A stretch of DNA of 64,000 nt. Source: Malacoraja senta. Its lineage: Eukaryota. Below the pieces are notes generated by a model. That model was not told the origin of the DNA and searched no databases. It saw nothing but the letters and a program-made list of their open reading frames with translations. Positions within the stretch are counted from its first letter, which is position 1; the number at the start of each line of letters is the position of its first letter. The position numbers and the translations under genes are program-made. The stretch spans positions 8,062,001 through 8,126,000 of the forward strand of contig CM075996.1 of the NCBI GenBank assembly GCA_038087875.1, in the 5' to 3' direction. Positions 38,388-52,460 of this stretch are shown here, piece after piece.

Positions 38388-38534
38388 CTGGCCAGCAAAG
38401 TCATTGTGGCCGTCCTCACCGAGAAGTACCCGGGTGACATGACCGGGCCGGTCCAGCAAGCCTTCACCAACGTCCTCCGCACCTTGTGCACTGACCTTGA
38501 GGCAGAGTACAAGGCTGCCGGTTTCAAGGCTTAA
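38388..38534 (+). CDS. MB: Myoglobin exon 3 (LASKVIVAVLTEKYPGDMTGPVQQAFTNVLRTLCTDLEAEYKAAGFKA*)
   Basis: Polypyrimidine tract plus ctccag| acceptor. C-terminus YKAAGFKA resembles the Mb YKE.GF.G end. TAA stop ends at 38534. Confidence 0.96.
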   Translation: MASKVIVAVLTEKYPGDMTGPVQQAFTNVLRTLCTDLEAEYKAAGFKA

Positions 38535-41084
38535 CGGCCCAATGGGAACCGCCTCAACAGTGCCTCTCCTGAATCGAGCTCCAAACTAACAGCGGCAAAA
38601 CCATTTTGAAAACGATGATGATGACAGCTTTTAGAAGTGATTATTCAGCCTTTAATTAATGGCGGGCTCTACCGACTGTAGATACTGTACTTTCTTAGCT
38701 TGCAATGTAATGTTTCTATAATGTAACCAATGTGGGAAGATGCAAATAGTCCATCAAACTCCTTTCACATGACCATGTAGTTGAATTTGCCTTGTCCGAT
38801 CATTGCCACTTTGAAAACCAACCAGCCAAGGTTCACAGAGCAGTTTCAACCCAGTGATCGTACCACTAAATCCTTACCCTGGACCCAACTCTGGACCAGC
38901 TCTGGGACTCCACGTCCAAAGTTGATGCGGACAAATGAATCTCTCAGCAGGTTATCCAGATGGAGTAAGATTTACAATACAGCCCAATGTAATCACCTTC
39001 TCTCCTTCACAAAACTGAAGATCTCACCTCCCTGGCAAACGAACATGTGGCTACAATTGTCCTGGCATTTAAGATATGCATTGGGGTCATAGAGTGATAC
39101 GGCGTGGAAACAGGATGTTCGGCCCAACTTGCCCCAGCTACCCTAGTCCCCTACACCTGCCAGTGTTTGGTCCATATCCCTCCCAACCTGTCTTATCCAT
39201 GTTCCTGTCTCATGGTTTCCTAAATGTTGGGCTAGTCCCTGCCTCAACTACCTCCTGTGGCAGCTCGTCCCATACACACACCACCCTTAGTGTGAAAAAA
39301 GTCACCCCTCAGATTCTCATTAAATCTTTTCTCCTCCACCTTGAACCTATTGTGTTAACATTGGTCAACAGGTACAAATTGGAGCAAAGGTCCTGTTCAC
39401 TAACATGTTGACCACTGTAACCTTGAATTTGCTTAAAATGTTTCTACTGCTATATTTTAGTGGGCTCTCTCATTCTCTCAGCACCTCTCAGCTTGCTGTC
39501 TGAATTGGTTTTTATTCCAGCAAACACTTTGTATCAGGTCCCGGTGTCACCTCCCCTCTCTCTGCACTCTACAGGCCATGTTTCATGTCTTTGGTGTTTT
39601 TATGACTGTTGGCAGATCAATTTCCCTCCTGGGATGAATAAAGTTCTATCGTATCTTTTCATATCGTCGTATCGTAGAGTCATAGAGTGATACAGCGTGA
39701 AAACAGGCCCTTCGGCCCAACTTGCTCACACCGGCCAACAATGTCCCAGCTACACTAGTCCCATCTGCCCGCGTTTGGCCCATATCCCACCACACCTGTC
39801 CTATCCATGTACCTGTCTAACTCTCCCGCGACTATCTGCTTCTCCTGTGTTGGTCTCTTGAGCGGTTAGCCAGGCAGATCAAGATGCACACTGAATTTAT
39901 TGACGTGGGAAAGAGAGCTAGAGAGAGTACGAGAGAAAACGAGAGAGGGAGAGAGCGAGAGAGAGAACGAGAGACAGGAGTGAACGACACAACTCTAGTT
40001 ACACAAATGAGGGTCACACTCAAAATATTAAATATGGGCCCACTTGGGATTGACCAGAATCCCCACTTTTGGCCTGACTTGTCACCATCACCTTGTATGT
40101 GAATACTTGGCCAATAAACTTATTCATCCATTCATTCTTCATCACCATATCCATCACCCAATAATTCCATACACTAGATCGTTCCACATCATTGGAAACT
40201 GGGGAAGTTGGGATGTTTATCTCCCACACAGGATGCTGTCAATGGACCCATCCAGGAGTGCATCTTTCTTGCACCAGGGATCATAAGTGATAGGAGCTGA
40301 ATTAGGCCATTAGGTCCATCAAGCCTACTCTGCCATTCAATCATGGCTGATCCATCTCCCCCTCCTAACCCCATTTTCCTGCCTACTCCCCACAACCCCT
40401 GACGCCCGTACTAATCAAGAAGCTATCTATCTCTGCCTTCAATATATCCACTGACGTGGTGTTTAAGAAATAACTGCAGATGCTGTTAAATCGAAGGTAG
40501 ACACAAAAATGCTGGAGTAACTCAGCGGGTGAAGCAGCATCTAGGGAGAGAAGGAATTGGCTATGTCAATTCCTTCTCTCCATAGATGCTGCCTCACCCG
40601 CGGAGTTACTCCAGCATTATGTGAATACCTTCCACTGACTTGGCCTCCGCAGCCTACTGTGGCAATGAATTCCACAGATTCACCACCCTCTGACCTAAGA
40701 AATTCCTCCTCATCTCCTTCCTAAAAGAAAGGATTCTGGATCTGGAGGTTGTGGGTTGGAAACCTGCTCTGTGAACCTTTCCCCGTAATCTAAGATGGCA
40801 CAACCACTTCTTATCGCATCCACACACAAGATTAGAAGTTGTTCCGCCAGAGCTGAACACACTTCCCTGCATCTGCATACAATGGTGTCTGTCTTGTGCT
40901 TCTTGTGCGCAGTGGTGGAAACAATCGTGAATCGCGAGGTGAACGCTCTTTCCTTGGTGGTCGGACCTGTTCTGTTGGATAATAACGTCGTAACAAAGTC
41001 CTGTTTTCCCTCATGTGTGGGATGTAAACATCAATGAGGCACTCGCTCTTCTGGAGAAAGATCGGAGCTGGTGGGGTCTGGTTA

Positions 41085-41432
41085 AGGGCCTGTCCCACTT
41101 TCCCGAGTTATTCACGAATTCTCCTGAGTTATTCACAAATTCTCCCGAGTTTTCAAACTCGCAGAATGTTCGTAACCGTGGATATATCGCAGCGGCTCGT
41201 TATGCCAGCCCTAGGTACTCGGGGCATCAGGTAAAGTTGGGACATTTTTTCAGCATGATGAAAAATGTCCACGAGTAAGAAAAATAGCCCCGAGTACCTA
41301 CGGATGGCATAACAAGCCGCTACGATATATCCACGGACTCGTTACGAACATTCTGCGAGTTTGAAAACTCGGGAGAATTCATGAATAACTCAGGAGAATT
41401 CGTGAATAACTCGGGAAAGTGGGACAGGCCCT
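41085..41432. mobile_element. PIF/Harbinger-type fold-back MITE
   Basis: Termini AGGGCCTGTCCCACTT / AAGTGGGACAGGCCCT, long internal inverted repeat, TTA duplicated on both sides. Confidence 0.85.
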
Positions 41433-41569
41433 TTAATATTTATCCTCCGAACTACATGGCTTTATTCTTTATTGCTACTTTATCCCTCAAACTACATGGC
41501 AAACATATCCGGGCTACCAGCTCTATATGTGGAAGTTTGCCCCGCATGGGTTTACTAACTGCAATTATA

Positions 41570-42755
41570 TTTCAGTAGCACTTGATCTGCAGCATTTAGA
41601 AAACCACTTATCCTTTTCTTTAACTGTCACTGACACCACACTGGATAGCCACCAAGTCGTCACAGGAGTGGAAGGCAACCTCATCTCCATTACACAGCTA
41701 CATCTCTTCACCAGATAAAAGCTGTCCAGGGTCTGACCTCCCCAGAGGAGAATAGAATGCCTTTTATTGTCATTCAAACAGACATGGTTTGAACGAAATT
41801 TCATTCCTAGTCATAACATTACAAAAAAAAAAAAAAACCAAGACACTCACTTAACACAAACATCCATCACAGTGAATCTCCAACACCTCCTCACTGTAAT
41901 GGAAGGTAAAAGTCTTATCTCTTCCCTTTGTTCTTCTCCCGCGGTCCAGCAGTCCAACTGCCACGTCGAGGCGACTGGGGCTCGCGATGGCAAGTCCCGC
42001 GGCCGTTTAAGCCGCGCCGGGCGATGTTAGGCCCCGCTCCGAGTCAATTAAACCCCGCGATTCCGGCGGGAGAAGTTGCCGTTGCGGGAGCTCCGAAAAG
42101 CGGTCTCCCACCAGGGACCTGCGAGCTCCTGATGTTCCTGTCCACTGGGCCTGTGGCCGGAGCCTCTGAAGCTCCGAAGTCGGCCAGCTTCGCAATGGTG
42201 AGTCCGCAGGCTCCGTGACTGGAGCCCTCAGGTTGGTTCCAGTTGGAGGCTGCCACCGGCTCCACGATGTTAGGCCCAACGACATCGGAGACCCAGCAGG
42301 GAAAAAGTCGGGTCACCGTACAGGGAAGAGATTAAACGGTTTCCCCCATCCTCCCCCCCCCCAACATATACACAGCTAAAAAATAATTTAAAATTAGAAC
42401 CAAAAACATACATCTAACGGGACAAAAATAAAAAAAAGACTGACTGCAGTCGAGCCGCTGCTGTTAGGCGCTGCCACCCGCATGGGTGAAGCTCAACAGA
42501 CTTGGTACTGGAGTTGGGCGTTTCAATGCCTGCATGTGGAGATGGGGGCTCCGCCAGAGCCCAGCCTGTGAATGCGGAGCAGAACAACAGACACCCAACC
42601 ATGTCATCTCTGGGTGCCCGCTCTATCACCCACCAAATGGAGCTCTGTCAGGGCCTGGCAGACATTGACGCCAACAGAGACAACAACCTGGCTGCTCAAC
42701 ACCCGGCTTGAGATCTAACTATTCCTTTGGTTTATGTTTCATTCGCAAGAAGAAG
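41570..42755 (+). mobile_element. Non-LTR retroelement 3' end (CCHC knuckle; I/Ingi/RTE-X-like) split by an insertion at ~41752-42481
   Basis: PGSDLPRG before the insertion continues as WVKLNRLGTGVGRF...CECGAEQQTPNHVISGCP after it; (AAG)n tail. Confidence 0.6.
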
Positions 42756-42799
42756 ACTGGGAACCTGACGATGGAATGTGGCAGTTATGCTGGGTATAC

Positions 42800-43320
42800 A
42801 ACTCTTTATTTTTACCAAAACTAATTGTATTCAATTATTAACAAAAATGATGTGTACGGTACAAAGATACAAACAAAGCAGAGCAAATATTCTTAAATAC
42901 TGAATGAACTACAATACAACTATATCCCCATCCTTATTGAGGATGCGTTCCGCCCCCCGCGATGCCCAGTGGTCCCGGAAACCCCCAGGGTGTCCGTGGA
43001 CGGCGCCTAGACCCTCTCTAGTACCACACAGGCGTGGACGTAACCCCGGAAAAGGGGCAGGCAGCCGGCTCGGGCAGAACCTTCTTCTGCCTGGCGCCGT
43101 GTCTCGCAGATGGCCAGGCCTAGGAGCAACGCAACCAGGACATCTTCAGCCCCAAACCCTCTCCCCTACGCACAGGGGTGTCCACAGATGAGGGTGGTTG
43201 GGTGCAGTCAGAAGGCAAGGAGATATTGGAACAGGAGCTACAACCTTACACACTCCATGTTCACACGGAACACGGGTTCTTCCAGCCCGCAAAAGTGGCA
43301 GGTGGGGGGTTTACAGCTCA
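42800..43320 (-). mobile_element. Tx1/L1-like LINE 3' fragment (related piece at ~24170-24560)
   Basis: Minus-strand remnants of C.F..LEE.V.HV..EC.RL..LF and LLLGLAK; clade assignment tentative. Confidence 0.5.
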
Positions 43321-46009
43321 GACCCGAGATGTAGCTGGTGATGGTTTAAGGTGCAGGACTACGGAACAGGGGGTCTCGACCTGAAACATCACCTATCTCC
43401 AGAGATGCTGCCTGACCCGCTGAGTTACTCCACCATTTTGTGTCTATCTTTTATACTCAACAATACTGATACTATGATGTTTCCTTGATTGGGGAAAGGG
43501 GATAGATGGTGGGACGTAGAAATGGGAGCAAAGTTTCATCAAAGGGGTCAATGACTAAAGATGGAGATCTTCAAAGAAAACATTATCTCCAGTAGTGTAG
43601 GAAGGAACTGCAGATGCTGGTTTACACTGAAGTTAGACACAAAGTACTGGAGTAATTCAGAGGGTCAGGCAGCATCTCTGGAGATGCAGGAATGGGCGAC
43701 GTTTCAGGTCGAGACCCTCCTTGGGACTCACTCCAAACTCAACCTCGCATACTTCAAACATTTTTTTTTCTTTTGTGATTGCTTTATTAATACGAATTAC
43801 AGAAGATATAATTTAATTAATTTATATATTTGCCAATCAGGATCAAGGTTTTTCTCGCATTTTACACTGGCAGAATCAGTTTTAAATCAAATCCTAAAGC
43901 CTAAAGTTGAAGGATGTTGGTCAGAGTGGGGGGGGTCGGAACATTGGTTGAAGTTACCATCTGCTACCACAGTCAAAAGGAGGAACTATTATTTGCAAGA
44001 TATGTGAAGATGAACCAATGATGTTAAGGTTGCTTAACTTTGATGAATTGCTACTCACCACTCAGATTCAGTGGAAGTGAAGCCGGTTAACTTGGCCTGG
44101 GAAGTAGGAATGGCACAGCTTGGGAACAAATCGTTTGCTTGACCTGTACATGAGAACACCTAGAAATAAAGTCTGGATTTTCCTGCACTGTACAATGTAT
44201 GTTATCTCAACATAACCTCAAAATATTTTACCTTAGCCGAACTCATTTCATCAAGGGCGGCACAGTGGAGTTGCTGCCTCACAGCGCCAGAGACACGGGT
44301 TCGATTCTGATCACGGGTTCTGTCTGTACGGAGTTTGTACGTTCTCCCCGTGATCTGCGTGGGTTTTCTCCGGGTGCTCCGGTTTCCTCCCACACTCCAA
44401 AGACATATAGGTTTGTAGGTTAATTGGCTTGGTAAAAATGTATATTGTCACTAGTGTGTGCAGGATAGTGTTAGTGTGCGGGGATTGCTGGTCGGCACAG
44501 ACTCGGTGGGTCTAAGGGCCTTTATCCGCGCTGTGTCTCTAAACTAAACTCTACTGTTATTATGTTACAGAACATAGAACAGTACAGGACAGGAACAGGC
44601 CCTTCAGCCCACAATCTCTATGCCGAACATGATACCAAGTTCAACTGATCTCCTCTGTCTGTACTGATCCATATCCCTCCATATAGCTCCATCCAGGACC
44701 ACAAGAAATTGCAGCAAATTGTGGACACAGCCCAGACCATCACACAAACCAACCCCCCCATTCTATTGACTCCATTTATACCTCACGCTGCCTTGGCAAG
44801 GCCAGCAGCATAAGCAAGGATGGGTCACACCCCGGCCGCTCCCTCTTCTCCCCTCTCCCATCAGAAGTGTGAAAACGCACACCTCCAGATTCAGGGACAG
44901 TTTGTTCCCAGCTGTTATCAGGCAACTGAATCATCCTACCACAACCAGAGAGCAGTGCTGAACTACTATCTACCTCTTTGATGACCCACGGCCTTATGCG
45001 ACTGACTTGTCACATGAGACAATAAAGTATTCATTAATTGAAGATAATTAACCTGAGGGCTGGGACGTGTGTAGTAGTAGGAAATTCCGTAGAAACAAGC
45101 AGGTAAAACTCCTTTAAATTTTTTTAACACAGCAGTGATGGACTAGTCTTAGTGATTAGTTTAAAGAGAATCGCTGAACCAGGGTTTGCAGTGCACTAAG
45201 TATATGAAGTTTTCTATTTTCTCACTGACCAAAAGACTGTTTTAGTCAACGATACCATAGGCAAGTTCAACCAAAAGTGTGTGGTTTGCAATTTTAATTG
45301 CCCATAGGCAAGATTGAAGCAGGAATGTTCTGCTTCCCAGGTTCAGATTGTACCTCAGATTATAATAAAACTCGATATGATTCTTTCACTTTCTGAACAC
45401 CTGCTTGGACTTTCACTCAGACAGTGCTAATTGATTACACAGATGCATTGTTAAGACTCCACATTCCTCATCATTTTAATTTAAATGCAGTCTACTTTGA
45501 CCACCATAAGAAAAATTAACCATTTCAACTTCACTTTCACACAAAACATTGCTGCTGCAATGCGGGGTCACTTCCCGACTGCAATAAATCATGCATATCA
45601 TGCCTATTCCTTCGTTCCATAGATGCTGCCTCACCCGCTGAGTTTCTCTAGCATTTTTATCTTCCTTTGCAAAAGAATGCTGTCTGTACAGACTTTGTAC
45701 ATTCTCCCTGTGACCGCATGGGTTTTCTCTGAGATCTTCTGTTTCCTCACACTCCAACGATGTACAGGCTTGTAGGTTACTTGGCTTGGTATAAGTGTAA
45801 ATTGTCCCAAGTATATGTGGGATAGCGTTAATGTGTGGGGATCGCTGGTCGATGCGGACTCGATGGGCCAAAGGGCCTGCTTCCGCTCTGTATCACTGAA
45901 CTAAACAAAGAGTTGGATGCTGGAACTACTGCAGTTCCGTTTGCATGGATTGGGAGCGTGGCACAAACAGCCAAGTGTTCCCACAGACTGGCCAGGCAAG
46001 CAGAGGAAG

Positions 46010-48096
46010 ACATAATATCGGTTTGTTTTATTTGCAAAGTAGCAAACAAGTATTCATCACATCTTTATACAATACAGGAAAACTTAAACTTTTGTAAATC
46101 TTAAATGGTTTTGGAAAAAATTATTTCAATTGTTTTTCAATTAACAATACAAGTATAGACATGTCATGGAGGGGGAAAGCAAATACAGGGGAATAAAATA
46201 AAACTTTGTTGTTTGGGTGTCAAAACAAATTGTAAACTCGGGAAACTGACTGACCAAATGAGACATGAACTAAATGAATGGTGGGGTGGGTGGCAGGGGC
46301 AGCAGTGTGACATCTTGTAACTTAAGTTTCCAGTGCAGAAATATAATAGTAAGGAACATTACACTGGTTATTCTTATAGCACAGAAGTTGGTTTAAGTTA
46401 AACCAGACTGCCTCTTTTTAAAAAAAGGAACAGCAATTGTGGGATAACCACAACTGACGAACAAAACAAGCAATATAGCCTTCATGGAATACATTGGTAT
46501 ATTTTAGGACTGTGACACCCCAGAGCCCACTGTATACAATGGCCGCAGCTGCGTGGAGTGTGCCATTTATGCCACAAGCATGTGGAAAAAAAAGGGTTCC
46601 CTTAAATCCAACAAAAATACTCCTTATTACTTTAATGGTTGGAAAGTCCTGTTGTTTTGAGTAAACAATCAATCTTTTTTTTTGAATAATAAACACTAAA
46701 AACTATTTTATGGGCATGATTTCACTCAAAAAAGTTCACAAGTATCAATCCAAAAGAACAGTTATGTTGACTGTGTTCCAGAAGTAATCTGAAGACATGC
46801 TAAGGTTAATGAGGATCACATGCACACAAAGCTAGAAAGGTCTTTTTGGGGAAATTGTATTTTCAGCATGTATTTAGCATGCAGAATCCTGAAAAGCGAT
46901 TGAAATCACAAAACTCATCAACTCCAATATTGGACCATTCCTTCCGGAACTTCTACTGCAATTGCAAGAATAAAACCAACACTTCTTAATTATATTAAAA
47001 AGTACACATTAGGACAGATTACAAACTCGGAAATTTGGGATCTTTTTCTGCCCCCTCCCAAAAACAAAAGATTATCTCTGTGCATTTCTAGACCCTATAG
47101 AGCACTCTCCTAAAATAAGGTTGTTTTCTTAAAATGGACTTGGTGTGGAGGTAGGACTGGAAGCAACGGAATGAAGAAATACGCTTTATTTGTAGCAGTT
47201 ACATTTCTCGTCTTAATTGGTAGTTTTTGTAAAAAATGGGCAGTAAATGGTTCCACTTTCCAAGTTAATTAAAAACAAAACACTAGTCAAGTCATTGGGG
47301 TATCTGTGGAAAATAAAAATCAAGATTATTTCACGGTTGGGGAAAAAAACATTAAAAAAATCAATATTCTATCAAAGTAATGTTAAACATCAACAAGATT
47401 TTAACCTCAATGGAAATGGTGTGGTAGAAGTAGTTCATTTAGATGCATGAAAAGTAATTGGTGAGAAAAAAGTCCTTCATGTTACTACAGATTCGCAATC
47501 ACCAGCAGACAGATACCCGTCCAAAAATATTGTCTGCGAAAAGATGATTGTTACAATTTTATGATAATTTTACAGCACGCATATTTTAGGCCAGGGGAGA
47601 AGTGGTTGGGGAGGGGAGGGCGCAGAAGATTCAGAGACTGCAAGCCAATGCATCTGACAATAATCTCAAATGAAGCTGCTTAAACAACTAAACACTTACT
47701 GCCCCTCAAGAACCACTCATATTCTGGTTCAACTAACATTTACTGTGGATTTCAGATTCCACATTAAAAAAAAAAGGAAACTAACAAATAACTCAATATT
47801 CAAAATGAAATAGCACCTTAGTGCAAATGAAAGGAGGAACCCTAATGTTAGTGGCATAACAGCACGAGTGCATGCACATTGTACACTCTAGGCACCTCCA
47901 GCTGCTGCCTTCAAAACCAGCTGGTTAAACTGACAAAATGTCTGTTTTCAACATCTTCAACTATCTATTCTTTTAAGTTATCAGTCACCTAGCCACTGGA
48001 ATTTTTTTCTCTAAGTCCAAAACCAAAACAAGAGCTCCGCTAGTCAAGTTAAACAATAAGACATCCACTGCCCTGATTCCAAAAATGTTTTGTCCT
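46010..48096 (-). other. LUC7L2: Probable LUC7L2 3' UTR (~2.1 kb) ending near AATAAA at 46032-46027
   Basis: AT-rich, repeat-free stretch directly after the stop codon. Minus-strand AATAAA at 46027-46032 where transposon sequence resumes. The exact 3' end is not visible. Confidence 0.6.
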
Positions 48097-48238
48097 TTAG
48101 ATTTCTCCTGCTTCACGCTCCTCGGAGCTGTGTTCCGATTTGCCATTAGCACTCTCATAGGAACGCTTTTTCTCCTTGCGATCTTTCTCCCTCGATTTAT
48201 CTCTGTCCCGATCTCTGGATCTGTCTCGGTCTCTAGAC
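48097..48238 (-). CDS. LUC7L2: LUC7L2 last coding exon (SRDRDRSRDRDRDKSREKDRKEKKRSYESANGKSEHSSEEREAGEI*)
   Basis: Acceptor ttttttctag| and TAA at 48099-48097. KKRSYESANG...SSEEREAGEI distinguishes LUC7L2 from LUC7L and LUC7L3. Confidence 0.95.
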
Positions 48239-48749
48239 CTAGAAAAAAACGGATAATTTTAGCTGTGGCTTTTTATGCAAATAATTCTACAAGGTCATGT
48301 CTATTACAAATCAAGAGACTTTATTCCACAAAATAATGTTGCAAAAGCATTGGGTTAGGAAAATGAATTCATTAGTTGTTTTTTCCACTAAAAAGGCTTG
48401 ATTGCATTTCACCAACAAACATGGAAATAAAATAATCTTCTCATCTTAAAATAACAGCTTCGAGCCTTTAATAACAAAGTGATGAAAAGTAAACTGAAGA
48501 GATGAAATGACATTTGGAAAACTGGCAGAAAAGTTAGGTAATGTGAAGCTTGCTCCCTATTCCTAAATGCATTGGTAACCGTGGATTAAAGACGGCAGCG
48601 GTGGCAGGAAAACGACAGTGCCGGTAGTAAGTCGAGGCAGAGGGATGGTCAGCATTGCGGGTCAGCAGGGAGAGTGTAGAATGGAGATAAGCAGTGTAAA
48701 GAGGCATGAGGGTGAGGCAGAGGCTGGCAGGCATTATGCGAGGATAATT

Positions 48750-49240
48750 ATGATGGGAAGGTAGAGCAGGTTGGGGAAGGGGAGAGGTGAAGTTGGGAAC
48801 CTGCGGCTGGAAGGTGATAAATGGAGGCACAAGAACCTGCTGACAGTGGAATCTGATATAACTAGGATGAAAGGTGGAATCAGATAAAGAAAGGATGATG
48901 GGGTGGGGGAAAGAAACAGTTGGGGGAGGGGAACAAAGGTAGGGATGGAGGCTTGGCGGGTATGATGTTCGGGGGAAAAAAGGTAGAGGGTTGACGGAAC
49001 CTGGGTGAATCTGAAGGAGATAAAGAGGAGGAGCATGTGGCAGCAGGTTCCCTGAAATTGAAACATTCAATGTTCATACTATTATAATGCAGATTATCCA
49101 GGCGGAATATGTGCTGGTTCTGTGTTTGGTCCCACCCTGGCAGTGGAGAAGGCTGAGGACAGATAGGTTGGTGTGGGAATGGGGGGGGGGGGGGGGAATG
49201 GAATGGCAGGAAACTGGGGTGTTCAGCAAACCGGTCTAGG
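48750..49240 (-). mobile_element. Old degenerate PLE 3' fragment
   Basis: Remnant peptides DRFAEH and QHIFRLDNLH..MNIE in the 48880..49302 ORF match the GIY-YIG C-terminus of the element at 62.5 kb. Confidence 0.55.
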
Positions 49241-50432
49241 AACAGTCCTTCAGCCCACTCTGACCATGCCGACCATAAAGCACCCATCGATACCAATGCC
49301 ATTTACCAACACTTGGCCGATAGCCTTCTGTGCCTTGGCAATGCATGTGCTCATATGGATACTTAAATGTTTTGACAGGAACTGACTCCATTCAGGCAGC
49401 GCGTTCCAGATTCCAACCTCGGCCGTCTCTCTAACAAGGGAAGATCTTAAGCAATTTCTCCTCAAAGCTGAAATGTTCCATCCCAAGCAACAACTTGGTG
49501 AATCTCCTCTGCACCATCTCCAGTGCTGTCACATCCTTTCTCTAGCGTGGCGAACAGGAATATACACAATATTTCAACGTATTATAAAGCTGCAATATAG
49601 TCGCTCTCTGTTCTCGTATTCTGTGCCCAGGCATGTATAATGAATTCCTTCTTCATCACATTATGCTGCAGTCTCAGGCTTGTACACTGAGGTCCATCTC
49701 TTCATCAATAATCTCTCGGGTGCTATTATCATGTGTAACGTGCAGCCTTATCGTCCAACCTTCACTGGGCAGTAATGGAAGGGAAAGAGACAATTCAAAT
49801 GGCCAAGGAATAAAGCATCAGATTGACCACCGCAGTGGTACACCTCTAAACGGTGTGTCAGAAAATTAAACAGGAGAGTGATCAATTTAAGAACTTAAGG
49901 AACAGGAGGAGTGAAAGAGGAACTCCAAGAAACACAAATCAGTGAATTAATGGGGAAATGTAATAATTTTAGATAAACTATTTCTGAGTCATATATTGTT
50001 ACTTGCATTACCTTCACAGTCAGAAAAGTTACAAAACAAGTAATCCGTAGCTACAAATACAAAGAGTGGAAAAATGGCTGGACAAATTAGAGGCCTTTTA
50101 AGTGAGACTTCATATTGCAGAACTGTCATGCTTTCTCGACTGCTACTTCAGTTTTTTTAGTTTTAGAGATACAGTGCGGAAACAGGCCCTTCGATCCTCC
50201 GGGTCAGCAACGACCAACAATCCCCGCACACTAATACTATCCTATATACACTAGGGACAATTTACAATTTTTACCAAGCCAATTTGCCTACAAACCTGTA
50301 CATCTTTGGAGTGACCATCTTTGGAAACTGGAGCACTTGGAGAAAACCCGCGCAGGTTGCGTGGAGAACGTACAAACTCCATACAGACAGCACCCGTAGT
50401 CAGTATCGAACTCGGGTCTCTGGTGCTGTAAG

Positions 50433-51806
50433 CAGGCATGTGCCGTCAGGCTAGGCAAGGTAGGCACTGCCTACCCTGACTAAAATTATGAAATGATAAT
50501 TATTAAATATAAATAGTAAAGGCATGGGAGAATTATGCCTATCTAAGAGATCGATCTCTTAGGTAGGCATAATTCTCCGTGCCTTTCAACCGCGGCACTT
50601 GCAACTTCAAGCCATCAATGACAAGCGGGGCTGAAGGCAGCTGAAATTCTGCCTTTACAGTACTGCGCATGCGCATGCGCAGCGCAAGTTTTTATGGCCG
50701 GTTTTTCAAATATGAATTGTCATTATTTTAAGAGTATCTTAGGAAACAAAGAGAGAAGAATGGAGTTTGTGTACCAATAACGTGGTAAGTACATATCTTG
50801 GTGCCTTATGTATTTAAATACCGTATTTCCCGGGGTGGGGGTATTTCCCGGGGTGAGCACCTTTCACAGCTTTTGAGGAGTTTGGCCCGGGGTAAAGTTG
50901 CGGGGAAGGCAGGAGCGTTGTGAAGGAGGGGATCGGGGCCAGTAACCCACTTGCGACGCTCCGGGCACGGAGCCACCGCATTGTGGCCGGGGAGTAAATT
51001 AGCCTGGGTGGCTGCGAGTGGCTGCCGGGACCGGACAGCCACTTCTGCCGGTCCCCGCACACCTCTGGCAGTGCTCTCCATCCGAAAACCTCTCTCCTGC
51101 CGCTCACCGGCCTCACTCATGTCAGCCGCTTACCGCAAATCCTTACATTCCGACAGCGCGCTTAAGGGACCAATTGAGGTTACTCGGCTGTCGGAATTTA
51201 AGGATTTGCGGGAAGCGGCTGACATGAGCGAAGCCGGCGAGAGATGTTCAGTCGGAGAGCACTGCCAGAGGTAAGCGGGCCGGCAGAAGGCGCTGAAGTG
51301 GCAGCCGGTTCTGCTGTCGGGTCCCAGCGGCCGCTCGCAGTCACCCGAGCTGCTTCCCTCCCGGGATGTGGCGGCCAGTCCAGTACCCGGAGCACTGCGG
51401 CAACGGTGAGTTACTGACATGATCTCCGACGCCCTCCTTCTCAACACTCCTGCCCTCCCTGCATCTTTAACCCCTGGTACAGACTCTCCACACGCTGTGA
51501 AAGGAACTCTTCCTCCAATTGGTCCCTTGAATTAGTATTGTCATTCAATAAGATGACAACTGATTCAACTTGTCTCGGTGTGCTCCCGTTTTCCCCACCA
51601 TCTCTCCACCTGCCTTCATCCTCCATCCACCGCACATTCAGTAATTAAAAAATGAAGGAGATTTGGAAGGCTTGGGCAAATTGAATTGTTACTTATTTTT
51701 ATTTTTTATTTTTACGGAGAGAACAATCTGAGCATGCACGGCTTAAGATTTTTTTTTAAAGCCGACTGACTGCCTACCTTGAGTAATTACTCACAGCACC
51801 TGCCTG
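50433..51806. mobile_element. Non-autonomous hAT-like element inserted into a SINE in the last LUC7L2 intron
   Basis: Imperfect TIRs CAGGCA.GTGC.GT.AG....CAAGGTAGGCA. TSD GCTGTAAG/TCTGTAAG matches at 7 of 8 positions. The SINE sequence resumes after 51814. Confidence 0.75.
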
Positions 51807-52253
51807 TCTGTAAGGCAGCAACTCTACCGCTGTCATCCCACAACATGTACAGAATTCACAGAGGGAATACTGCTGCTGCTTCACAGCTCAAAATATATGA
51901 ATTTAGTCTTGATCTTGGGGGATAATCGTGTGAAGTTTGCATGGTCTCCCCTTGCTCAAGTGTTCATGTTTCTTTACACGTTCCAAATTTAGCTAGTAGG
52001 TTAATCGTCTACTGTTATATAGTTCACTACATTGACCTATATTGTGCGAGTGAGTGATAAAAGAATTAAGAGTAGTTGATGACCATGTGTGAGAGAATAG
52101 GTTGGAGAAATACAGAGAGACCATGGTTGGGATCCAGCAATGATTCAATGGACTACTTTCATGTTGTAAAAAGTAAGTAGGTACGAACAAGACTGTTATG
52201 CTGTTCCATGTCAGTCATATTGACAGTGCAATCCAGAAACACAAGATACTTAC

Positions 52254-52460
52254 TTCCTTTTAGAACTTTTTTCTCTGCTCCGATCCCTCTCCTTATCCTT
52301 GGAGCTATGCCTGCTGTGGTGGTGACTACGACTTCTGCTTCTACTTCTGGAACGAGACCTGCGTCGGCGACGTCGATCCCTTGATCTGGAGCGGGAACGC
52401 TTGCGTCGATCATGGGAAGCAGACCTGGAACGGTGTCGGCGATGCTCCCGTGATCTTGAT
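52254..52460 (-). CDS. LUC7L2: LUC7L2 RS-domain exon (SRSREHRRHRSRSASHDRRKRSRSRSRDRRRRRSRSRSRSRSRSHHHSRHSSKDKERDRSREKSSKR-K)
   Basis: Acceptor tttgttccag| and donor GAA|gtaagt; 207 nt. Starts with SRSREHRRHRSRS as in LUC7L2. Confidence 0.93.
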
